Both the position numbers and the translations under genes were made by a program. The notes below the pieces were generated by a model, which was not told the DNA's origin, did not search any database, and worked only from the letters and a program-made list of their open reading frames with translations. A stretch of DNA of 64,000 nucleotides from an uncultured euryarchaeote (GTDB lineage Archaea > Thermoplasmatota > Poseidoniia > Poseidoniales > Poseidoniaceae): assembly GCA_937915175.1 (NCBI GenBank), contig CALDNA010000057.1, positions 3,328 to 67,327 of the forward strand. Direction: 5' to 3'. This document shows, piece after piece, positions 19,405-27,908 of the stretch (position 1 is its first letter; the number at the start of each line of letters is the position of its first letter).

Positions 19405-21792
19405 ATGGTCGAGGGTGCCTATGCTGTGTGTCACGTCTGTGGTCAACGAAAAGAGGAATCCCCCTGTTTGCTTTGTTCCTCGATGATTCGGGGTGGTCCA
19501 AAGACTGACTGGGATTATGAAATTGATCAAACGCTTCACAATGAAATCGCAGCCAAACTTGGAGGCCCACACCCAAACACAAGGCGGCGATGGAACTCCC
19601 TTGAGGACGCCTTCACAGACTCAAAAGAAGTTGATTGGGCCCGATTAGATGAACAGGTCGATCCGGTTCTGGAGCAACCAGCAACGAAGGACGAGTTGGA
19701 ACGGATCACGGGAGAAATTGAACAGGGCGTCAAACTTTCTTCCGAGGACCGCTTGGTCCTCCACCAAGGATTTCTCATGCGCGATGGATTGCACTTCTCC
19801 TTTCAAGACGAACAATTGAGCATGAACGGTCGGCAACTTCCTCGAAAGGTGCCTGTAGTTTCCCTCTTGCGTGTGCTCAGTTCACCAAAACTCCGGATGG
19901 GCTGGGATTTGAGTAAATTGATGGTCGTCTTCGGATGTACAAATTCATCAGGGGAGGGCGTCAATCGACAAGGTGGAGAAATCCCTCGCGGAAGGATACA
20001 TTACATGGAGCATCGAAGGGAAATGCGCCGGAACAATCAACCAAACCGTCGAGCGGTGTTCGCGACACTCACTTGGATCGGATGGATGGCAGAAGAACAC
20101 ATTCCTCCACCGCCCAACCACACGCTCCATCCGCTGGCCGCTTGGGCCAGAGACATCCAACAACGGCTCAACACCCGAAGTGGATTTGATGGAAATGTCG
20201 CCGAGGCGTTCTTGAATCATCCTCAAGGGCTTGAAGAACTGAATCATTATCCTTGGCTACAACGTTGGAGTGAATTCCGGGGGACGACTCAAAGCCATGC
20301 TCCAGTGAAGTGGCCCCTGCGCATCGTTGGGAATAAGTTCAAACTACGGGTTCGCTCCAAAACAGGCGCTTCAATCTACACCAATGTTCCCGAGAAACCT
20401 GCCGCATGGGCCCTCCTTCTTTCTTTGAGCCTCTCGCCAATTACATCGCATGCAGGAGAAACCATGTTTGCCATTCAGCACAATTGGACTTCGATTGCAG
20501 CTTCACCGGCCCTCGTGCCTGCCCCGCTAAAACGCTCGATAAAATTCCTCAGCGAAATCATTGAAGGAAACTCCGAACGTGTCTTTGTTCAAGACAAGCA
20601 CTTGCTTGTTGTTGGCCGCTTGGGCCATTTCTACGAAGTTGCAGTCGGCAAAGGCGTCCACATGGCCCCATTTGTCATCCGTAGTGTTGACGGCCTCTCA
20701 CCGCGGCGAACGAACCCTATCTGTATTCATCACGGGACGTTTCACAGTTCAGTTCCATTGGGAGATACGATGGCTTCAGTTGTTCTTACACTTCTCGATG
20801 ACGTTGGCGCAAGCCAGCAAATTGGATCGCTCCTAACGAACCTTGCTTGCCAATCACCGCTCGGTTTTCCAAGCACATTGGACGCGCCTCACTTGGCCAT
20901 GCTTCACGAAGCGACATTGAATCAGCTGGTCGCCGCCATCGAAGCACGTGGCACTCGGGGCGGCCCGTTTTGGCTTGCTGAACAACCAGGCCAAAACCGA
21001 GGAAGAAATAATCAACGGCCGCGGCATAACGATGATCTTCACTTCAACTACTTGATGCGGAGAAACCGTCACAGGCAAGGCCGAGGCGCTGGAAGTTCAC
21101 CATCTGGCCAGGTCCAGAACCTCGTCGCTCATGCCGCTGCGGCTAAACGGCCAGTGCCAATCACAGCCTTGGCCAACATGTGGCGAGAATCTCTAATCAG
21201 TCACACCGAAGAGCAAGATGAGGCACAGGAAGGCGCTGGAGAACGATTTAACCACTACATCAACGATTTCCAGAGGGACGATTGGATGTTCATTCGAAAT
21301 CATGGTGAAGCCGAAGCGGACGCACCAATTGGAGATATTCGTAATGGCGAGCGCCGGTACTGCGAAGTGTTCCCGCGTATCTGGGAAGCGATGCTGTTGC
21401 AACCAATTGGCTCCTCTCTGACCTTGAGCGTCGCCGATGGTGGTGATTTGATTTTCGAGCATTGTATGCTCAATGTGACTCTACGAAACGGAGCCGAACG
21501 TCGGCTCACTCGACGGTTCGCAGACCTAGCAGGTTATGTCGAACAAGGCCAAGATGGTGGACGCATGACGTTTCTTCGACGCGATCACCCCCGTCAGTGG
21601 GCTCGCCGAAATCTAAGCGAGAGCCTTAATCGGGCGCAGGAACGGTTTGGATTCCGAGGCGCCCCACCTTGGTGGTGGCACTATATGGAGGCAAACCAAG
21701 CACCTGACCATTTACCAGAATTCCGATGGGAACTGAGCGTCGATTTGCGAGATAACAATGCCCAGAGAATGGGCGGTGACTTCCGACCTTGA
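19405..21792 (+). CDS. Hypothetical 795-aa protein: N-terminal CxxC-x10-CxxC zinc ribbon, Arg/Trp-rich, no recognisable catalytic motif
   Basis: AVCHVCGQRKEESPCLLCSS (19429-19476). The long ORF has protein-like composition. A conserved-looking block is HLLVVGRLGHFYEVAVGKG...NPICIHHG...VPLGDTMASVVLTLLDD (20596-20844). No P-loop or other known motif is seen. Confidence 0.7.
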   Translation: MVEGAYAVCHVCGQRKEESPCLLCSSMIRGGPKTDWDYEIDQTLHNEIAAKLGGPHPNTRRRWNSLEDAFTDSKEVDWARLDEQVDPVLEQPATKDELERITGEIEQGVKLSSEDRLVLHQGFLMRDGLHFSFQDEQLSMNGRQLPRKVPVVSLLRVLSSPKLRMGWDLSKLMVVFGCTNSSGEGVNRQGGEIPRGRIHYMEHRREMRRNNQPNRRAVFATLTWIGWMAEEHIPPPPNHTLHPLAAWARDIQQRLNTRSGFDGNVAEAFLNHPQGLEELNHYPWLQRWSEFRGTTQSHAPVKWPLRIVGNKFKLRVRSKTGASIYTNVPEKPAAWALLLSLSLSPITSHAGETMFAIQHNWTSIAASPALVPAPLKRSIKFLSEIIEGNSERVFVQDKHLLVVGRLGHFYEVAVGKGVHMAPFVIRSVDGLSPRRTNPICIHHGTFHSSVPLGDTMASVVLTLLDDVGASQQIGSLLTNLACQSPLGFPSTLDAPHLAMLHEATLNQLVAAIEARGTRGGPFWLAEQPGQNRGRNNQRPRHNDDLHFNYLMRRNRHRQGRGAGSSPSGQVQNLVAHAAAAKRPVPITALANMWRESLISHTEEQDEAQEGAGERFNHYINDFQRDDWMFIRNHGEAEADAPIGDIRNGERRYCEVFPRIWEAMLLQPIGSSLTLSVADGGDLIFEHCMLNVTLRNGAERRLTRRFADLAGYVEQGQDGGRMTFLRRDHPRQWARRNLSESLNRAQERFGFRGAPPWWWHYMEANQAPDHLPEFRWELSVDLRDNNAQRMGGDFRP

Positions 21793-22680
21793 TCAAGACC
21801 GGCGCACAACAACAGCCGCACCAATCATAGCCAGCGTAGCGCAACTGGTCACAAACGGCATGGATTCGTTATCCTCATCGACGCTAGGGGCCTCTTCCAC
21901 GGGTAGTTCGGGAACAATCGGATTGAACTGGTAGACGAGATGGACAGATAGGTCGTCGCCATCAAAGGCTGAAGGAAGCACGACATCGGCTGTGCCCTCG
22001 GTCGTGTTGCCCAGGTGAATGATGTCGCGAACAATGTGAGGGTAGTTTTCCAATCCGTTCGAACCTTCTTCAAAGTAAGCAGACCCTTCAACAACCCAAA
22101 GGTAAGCGCCGAGCGTACCTTCGCCAAACTGTGTCAAGTCAACATCGAGTGCCCACACAACAGTGCCTTGAGTGGCGCTTGTAGGTGTCCAGGCGAAGCT
22201 GCTGGTGCCGTTTCCAAGCATGGCTGGTTGCTGAACGATTGCGGTGAAATCTTGTTCGAGGCTTTCAGATTGAGCAACACTGCCCTTGACCATCGTTGTC
22301 CCGTTGAAGACAACTGCAGGTGGCGACCATCGCCCATAGCGATCATGGAAGCGCTTGTCAATGACGTCGGTGCCAAATGGATCCTGCACTTCAGAGATTG
22401 ACCTGTGGATGTGGTATTGGTTCATCGAAGCGTTGTTTTCCACCTCATCAAGCGCATGCTCGACATCGACGCAGTTTGAACACCATGTTGCGGTGTAAAC
22501 TTCCACGACGGCCGGCAGTTCACTCAGATTGACCAAGCTGCTGGATGTGATGTTTGCTTCGCTGGACTGGCCGCCAAAGACGGTTCCAGATTCAACTACC
22601 TCTGCTGGGCCGGCAACTGCGCTTGGGGCGCAGAGCACCAAAGCCATCATCACGATGAAGCTGATTCTTGGGAGTTCCAT
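21793..22680 (-). CDS. Secreted thioredoxin-fold protein (DUF1223-like, CxxC) with a C-terminal hydrophobic anchor ending in RRS
   Basis: Signal peptide MELPRISFIVMMALVLCAPSAVAG. VVEVYTATWCSNCVDVEHAL...YHIH...RYGRWSPPAVVFNGTTMVKG resembles DUF1223. The C-terminus is MPFVTSCATLAMIGAAVVVRRS followed by the stop. Confidence 0.6.
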   Translation of the reverse strand: MELPRISFIVMMALVLCAPSAVAGPAEVVESGTVFGGQSSEANITSSSLVNLSELPAVVEVYTATWCSNCVDVEHALDEVENNASMNQYHIHRSISEVQDPFGTDVIDKRFHDRYGRWSPPAVVFNGTTMVKGSVAQSESLEQDFTAIVQQPAMLGNGTSSFAWTPTSATQGTVVWALDVDLTQFGEGTLGAYLWVVEGSAYFEEGSNGLENYPHIVRDIIHLGNTTEGTADVVLPSAFDGDDLSVHLVYQFNPIVPELPVEEAPSVDEDNESMPFVTSCATLAMIGAAVVVRRS

Positions 22681-23852
22681 AGGCTAGCGAGGCCGGCCCG
22701 TTGTATCAAGGTGTGGGCTGGATGCAGCGTTGCTAACAATTCCAAGCACGTCATTTCCCCATCAAGGAAAGCACCATTGAAGTCTTGTTCGCCTGACGCT
22801 TCCATGGCCACAAAGGCCTCGTAGCGAGAGCGAATCCCACTCCCGGTCAAACCAAACACCGCGCCGAGGCGATCGGCCATGCCGGCTTGAATGCCCATGC
22901 GCACCAGGGTGGCGTAGAATGCCACACAAACGGCCATGCGCACTTCGGTGTTCATGGTCAGGGCTTTGTCGGTGCCTTCGCTCAAGAGCGCAAGAAGGGC
23001 CTCAGTCTCGTAGTTTGCTTCCAAGTGCTGATCCTCGGTCAGAACATCGGACAACATGTCGTGCGTGTGATTCACGGCCTGCTCAACACCGTCTTCACGA
23101 AGTTGACCTGGCTTCTTTCGGACAGGAGACGCTTCCCAGCCCATGGTGATTCGAGCCTTGTAGTGGTTAAGCAATGCTCGCTTAGCGCTGATGAGTTGCT
23201 GGCGACTGATGTTGTCTTGCTCCATTCCACTGCGTCGGTCCATCTTGGATAGAAGGCCGAACTCGCCAGCCACTTCGACGGCAGCCATGGCCATCAAAGC
23301 GACGTTCTGCTCAGTATTGCATCCGCGAACCTCTTCCTTCTTGCGGCAGATACTCTGCTTGGGCATGCCCAATCGCTTCTTTAGCGACTTGTCGGTGAGC
23401 GCCTGACGTTCTTGTTCGAGGTTGCCTTTCAATGGCTTGCACATCATCTTGACGAAAGGTTCCGCAGCTTGCATGGCGTAGGTTCCGTACATCTGCTTGA
23501 TCTTCTTCCGGACTGCATCGGCAAGGGGGTGCTTGATGCGGACTGTGCTGCGGTTGACCTTTCGAAGGTGGTTCCACTGCTTTCGACCTTTAGCAGAAAG
23601 GTTCCTGGTGTCCATGAAGGATCCGCCAGTACCCATGCGTTCGTTGATGTCACAGTCGTTGCGGACTGCTTCATGCGTGGCCGAATCGCCACCAAATGTG
23701 GTCTTGCCTTCGTTTGTGTCAAAGACATCCTTGGCCTCAATGGTAAGTCCGCAACTCTCGCACTCCAGTTCACCCTTTCGTGCATCGGCCATCTTCATAG
23801 CTCCTCCACAGTCTTCGCACTTCTCTTGTTCATTCTTGTTCTTGTTATACAT
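22650..23852 (-). CDS. Divergent TFIIB/TFB-like transcription factor (N-terminal Zn ribbon plus cyclin-like repeats with an insertion)
   Basis: Zn ribbon CEDCGG...ELECESCGLTIE. A B-reader/linker-like segment is DTRNLSAKGRKQWNHLRKVNRS..R. Cyclin-fold-like helices are AMQAAEPFVKMM and VRMAVCVAFYATLVRMGIQAGMADRLGAVFGLTGSGIRSRYEAF. At 400 aa it is about 100 aa longer than a typical TFB. Confidence 0.55.
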   Translation of the reverse strand: MYNKNKNEQEKCEDCGGAMKMADARKGELECESCGLTIEAKDVFDTNEGKTTFGGDSATHEAVRNDCDINERMGTGGSFMDTRNLSAKGRKQWNHLRKVNRSTVRIKHPLADAVRKKIKQMYGTYAMQAAEPFVKMMCKPLKGNLEQERQALTDKSLKKRLGMPKQSICRKKEEVRGCNTEQNVALMAMAAVEVAGEFGLLSKMDRRSGMEQDNISRQQLISAKRALLNHYKARITMGWEASPVRKKPGQLREDGVEQAVNHTHDMLSDVLTEDQHLEANYETEALLALLSEGTDKALTMNTEVRMAVCVAFYATLVRMGIQAGMADRLGAVFGLTGSGIRSRYEAFVAMEASGEQDFNGAFLDGEMTCLELLATLHPAHTLIQRAGLASLWNSQESASS

Positions 23853-23950
23853 TCATATCACTCCTTCTTTTGGTTTGGTTTCGGGGGCAGTTCTAGCCAT
23901 TATCGGATTCTTAGGCTCGCCTAAAAACTGCTGATGCTGACTCCTTTCCG

Positions 23951-23975
23951 CTCCCATCACATATCTATATGGGAG
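23951..23975. repeat. Inverted repeat (7-bp arms, 11-nt AT-rich spacer) in the largest intergenic region
   Basis: CTCCCAT-cacatatctat-ATGGGAG lies within the 321-nt divergent spacer between the TFB-like gene and the AddB-like gene. The spacer carries ATATCTATAT. Confidence 0.3.
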
Positions 23976-24173
23976 TCGCCCTATTTCAAAGTATCGGTCG
24001 ACATGAGCAATTTTACGGTGACAAGAATAAACCTTGTTAGTAAATACCCCATTCACAGAAGTATTTCCCTCTACCCCATATAAAGAAAAAAACGAGGTTT
24101 GGATGCTTCATCGAAAAATAACACCGTGTTCCTCAAGAACTGTCGTCGGTAATGGTGGGGAAGAGGGCAGACA

Positions 24174-27100
24174 ATGAACGAGGAGCATTCAGCAATCACA
24201 ATCGAAGTGCAGCCCCTCAGTGCGCACTTCCCTGAGTGGTTGCAAGAGGCTTTTAGCGAACGTAAAGCGGATGAACTTCTCATCGTGTACCCCAATGAAC
24301 CATCTCGCAGCCAAGCGTTAAACTTCCTCGCTGCTCGCGGTTTATCAGTTGACACGACTCACCATTTGACCCTCGGCCGCCTTGTCGACTTGTTCCATTT
24401 GGATCTAAAGTTACCAAGAAAACTTCAAGACGGCCCTGCACTGTTCAACGTCGTTCACGAAATGACAAAACAGGCGGCTGAAAACGGGGACTTGCCGTTG
24501 TTGTTTGCTCCAACAAAGCAGAACCGAGTTTGGAGACCAAACAACACAGAACGTCTTCTTTCCCTCCATAAAGAATTGATGAACCTCGACGCCCCCTGGA
24601 ACTGGGATGAAGACCCGGGCGCTCGAGAATTCAACCAGATATTGCGCAGCGTTGGCTCCCGATTGGAAGGCACTCATCCCACCCTTGTGCCGAAAGCTGT
24701 GACAGCCGCCCTAGAAACATCTTCCACCCCCTTTACCCTCAACGACGTCAACGGCATCATCCTGCTTGACGCAGCACCAGACTACACCGAATCTGAAATC
24801 AGTTTTCTTCGAGCAGTATCCCTTCACAAACCACTTCATCATCTCTGCAACCCCGGCTCCTTCCGCCTCGGGCATCACGGGGCATACATTGACGATGTCC
24901 CGTATGTCGACCAAGCGACCCTTCCAGAATGGGTGCCACAACATACCGTCATTTCCTCTGCGACAGCCGCCAAGATTGATGAAAAGGCCACACCCTCAAT
25001 TCACAGGGTTCAGCTCCACCAGCGAGCCCATGCTCTCGACGGGGCCGTCGACCTTATTCGCCATTTCAAATCTACAGATCGTGCTACAGTTTTGGTGGTC
25101 GACGGGCAAGCAAGCGCAGCCATGGATTCATGGCGGGCGCGATGCTTGGAACTCGGACTCCACATTGGAAGAGGCACAGAACCCTTGAATGCTGTACCGG
25201 GCATCAATCATCTGCTCCGCATCCTTCGGTTAGGAATCGGTTCCGAGGCATGGTCCATGACTCATCTGCGAGGGTTAGTTTCACACCAAACGTTGCCTCT
25301 CATCAACGGGGCAGTTCCTGAATCTGAACACCCAACAAAAGAGGGCTGGGCGCCCAGGCCGCATCTCGAGGTTCTGGAAGGTATGGCTCGAAGTTTCCAT
25401 GTACGCGGTGGACCGGGGGCTCTCACACGATGGATACGAACCCTTGCGAACGCCGAACCTCAACTTGGTCGCGACACAGAAGCATCAAGGCGAGCCTTGG
25501 AAGAAACGCAGTGGTGGCTGTCAAGCGTCGCTCGATGCTGGGCACCGTTCATCGAAGGCGATGATCGAGCGGTTCTCAAAGAGCGCTTGGTTGGCTGCAG
25601 CAGTGGTGAAACGCTTCCGCTCCCCTCGGAAATTGAGACTGGAGAAGCATCGCTCAATCACTTCTTGTCTTGCTTGAACTGGAATGCATTAAGCCAGCGA
25701 AATGGAGCCTATGATCGGACACTACCGGCGCTGCAGTTGATGTTAGCAAGCCACATCACCACGAAACAACTTCTGCAGAAGGCATCATTGGATTTGCCCA
25801 CATCAGGGCCAGATTTTGTGGAATACCTCGAGCGAATTGTTTCAGACACCAAATTGCCGAGTGAGCGGGCCTCAAGTCATGACGTTCGGGTCCTCACGCC
25901 TGAAGAAGCACATGGAACGACAGCAGACCTTGTGTTGTTGGTGGGCATGGATGTTGATTCTTGGTCGATGAAGCTTCCAAAGGTGCCGTGGCTCGATGCT
26001 CCAACGAAACTCAAATTGGGTATGCTTCATACAGATTCAGTGGTGCGAAAGGGTCGCCATCACCTGAACCATCTTTTGCATGCCGGCTCCACTGTGGTTG
26101 TTTTTGACAGCACGATGGAAGAAGGAGGGGGCCCGGCGGCACCTCTTGCAGAATGGTTAGCAGAGGCGAAGCGCTCTGGAACCTCGCTCACGCATCAAGG
26201 GGCTCCTGATTTTCTACCAGAAGACGCTGTTATTGGGTCAGATCCTCGACGCGCTTGGCAGTACGACAGCTCAGAAACAAATCGGCAATGGCTCACACCA
26301 CGGCCGTTTACGATGCACGTTGAAGAAGGCACGGTGAGGGGGGTGCGCTCGGGCCACAGAGGACGCGATGAGCGTCAACGAACAGGCCTTAACCTTCGCA
26401 CCAATCATACCTTAACGAGTGAAGTAAACGCCATTCATGGCTTGGCAATGGCCTTTGAAACTCGAATTCTCAACGACCGATTGCAAAGGCAACCCTCCTT
26501 TACAGATCTTGAGAATGGAGAATATTTCCCTTGGGCGTCGCGAGCGCACCTCGTTTCAACGGACGCCTTATCGCTTGATCCCACGGAAAATCAAGCTGGA
26601 ATAGGCACTCGGTCGCAACCTGAATGGCCCCATCTCGGGCTGCGGAAAAACGGGAACAGCAACGGGGTTTCAATCGACCCGCGCCCCCTTCCTCCAACGA
26701 ACTTGACAGCAGGCGTCCTGCCTGATGTTCTCGGAGTTCAATCACCCGGCGTGCACCGAGAGGTTTGGTCGGCAAGCAGAATCCAACCGTGGCTGACCTG
26801 CCCCCGCCAAGCATGGGTCACCGGTCATTTACGAGCCGAAGGAGATGAGGATGAAACAGAAGACATCGATCATCGGACGCGTGGCCAGATTATCCACGAT
26901 GCTGAAGCCGCACTTTTGGGCGCTCATGGTGTTCCGATTGGAGGAATGGCGCACCAATCTACAGGCCCATTCCACCTCGGCTCGAATCCAACCCCTCGGC
27001 AAGGCTGGGATGTGATCCTGACGCACCTCGAGCAGCACGTTCCATGGCTTGTTCGCAACGATGCAATTGCCACTCATAGGTGCCGGGACCTCCTCGGTGT

Positions 27101-27908
27101 CAACCCAGAATCGTGGCGCGCACACCTTGAAGGAGATCATCTCCTTGCTCCCGCAGGCCGGCTTTGGCGGCTTGTTTTGGCAGACTATGAGCTTGAGCAT
27201 GCCAGCCCCTTAGCCTGTGAATGGCCAGTGGCGGAAGCAAATGGCTCATCGATTGAGATCGATGCCTCTGACGATGAAGGTCAACCAGCCCCGTTCAGGA
27301 TTCGGGGCAACATCGACCGAGTTGATGAAGTGATACTGAGTAAAGAAATGAATCAAAAAGCCGTTGAGGCAAATCTTCTCTCCCCCGAACCACAAGGCGG
27401 GCCGGTCGATTTACGAGACCCAAAGAGCAGTGGGCCAGCGCATCGATGGGTCATCATTCGTGACTTGAAAACAGTGAATGGACCCAAACCAGGTGAAGGC
27501 GGTGAACGGCACCTTAAGGCGCTGTTTAACGAGGTTCAGTTGGGGCTCTATGCTCGCGCTTGGGAACTGGCTCACCCCGGCGATCGCGTAATCGGCGTTG
27601 GCGTCATGGAAGTTGGAGAAACCTCAACTCACTATGTCGAAATCGATCCAGAAATCGAGCCCTACCTCCAAGGGTTGTCTCTTGGTGAAACAACCAAAGT
27701 GAGCAGAGATCAATTCCGTTTTGTTGACGATCTGGCTTACGAAAGCAACGGGTTTAGGGCATGGATGTATCAGCGACTGCAGACGGCTCGCAGAGCGGTA
27801 GATACTGCAGGCTCAGGCCACATTCATCCTGTGCCAAGTTCTTCGTGTTCTTTTTGTAAGGTCAGATCCATTTGTCCCTCATCCATTCTCGGAGGCGATG
27901 TACGATGA
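24174..27908 (+). CDS. AddB/RexB-like subunit: large scaffold without a Walker A motif plus a C-terminal PD-(D/E)XK nuclease flanked by 4 Cys (Fe-S type)
   Basis: Nuclease motifs are TCPRQAW...GQIIHDAEA (Cys at 26799), IRGNIDRVDEV, WVIIRDLKT and EVQLGLYARAW. The C-terminal CSFCKVRSIC (CxxCx5C) is at 27846-27875. I found no GxxxxGK[ST]. Confidence 0.7.
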   Translation: MNEEHSAITIEVQPLSAHFPEWLQEAFSERKADELLIVYPNEPSRSQALNFLAARGLSVDTTHHLTLGRLVDLFHLDLKLPRKLQDGPALFNVVHEMTKQAAENGDLPLLFAPTKQNRVWRPNNTERLLSLHKELMNLDAPWNWDEDPGAREFNQILRSVGSRLEGTHPTLVPKAVTAALETSSTPFTLNDVNGIILLDAAPDYTESEISFLRAVSLHKPLHHLCNPGSFRLGHHGAYIDDVPYVDQATLPEWVPQHTVISSATAAKIDEKATPSIHRVQLHQRAHALDGAVDLIRHFKSTDRATVLVVDGQASAAMDSWRARCLELGLHIGRGTEPLNAVPGINHLLRILRLGIGSEAWSMTHLRGLVSHQTLPLINGAVPESEHPTKEGWAPRPHLEVLEGMARSFHVRGGPGALTRWIRTLANAEPQLGRDTEASRRALEETQWWLSSVARCWAPFIEGDDRAVLKERLVGCSSGETLPLPSEIETGEASLNHFLSCLNWNALSQRNGAYDRTLPALQLMLASHITTKQLLQKASLDLPTSGPDFVEYLERIVSDTKLPSERASSHDVRVLTPEEAHGTTADLVLLVGMDVDSWSMKLPKVPWLDAPTKLKLGMLHTDSVVRKGRHHLNHLLHAGSTVVVFDSTMEEGGGPAAPLAEWLAEAKRSGTSLTHQGAPDFLPEDAVIGSDPRRAWQYDSSETNRQWLTPRPFTMHVEEGTVRGVRSGHRGRDERQRTGLNLRTNHTLTSEVNAIHGLAMAFETRILNDRLQRQPSFTDLENGEYFPWASRAHLVSTDALSLDPTENQAGIGTRSQPEWPHLGLRKNGNSNGVSIDPRPLPPTNLTAGVLPDVLGVQSPGVHREVWSASRIQPWLTCPRQAWVTGHLRAEGDEDETEDIDHRTRGQIIHDAEAALLGAHGVPIGGMAHQSTGPFHLGSNPTPRQGWDVILTHLEQHVPWLVRNDAIATHRCRDLLGVNPESWRAHLEGDHLLAPAGRLWRLVLADYELEHASPLACEWPVAEANGSSIEIDASDDEGQPAPFRIRGNIDRVDEVILSKEMNQKAVEANLLSPEPQGGPVDLRDPKSSGPAHRWVIIRDLKTVNGPKPGEGGERHLKALFNEVQLGLYARAWELAHPGDRVIGVGVMEVGETSTHYVEIDPEIEPYLQGLSLGETTKVSRDQFRFVDDLAYESNGFRAWMYQRLQTARRAVDTAGSGHIHPVPSSSCSFCKVRSICPSSILGGDVR

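Noticed and set aside
23853-24056. 67-aa ORF abutting the TFB-like start codon (TGAATG) on the minus strand
   Set aside because: The composition looks random, there are no motifs, and it lies in the AT-rich promoter spacer. The stop-then-start adjacency is probably incidental.
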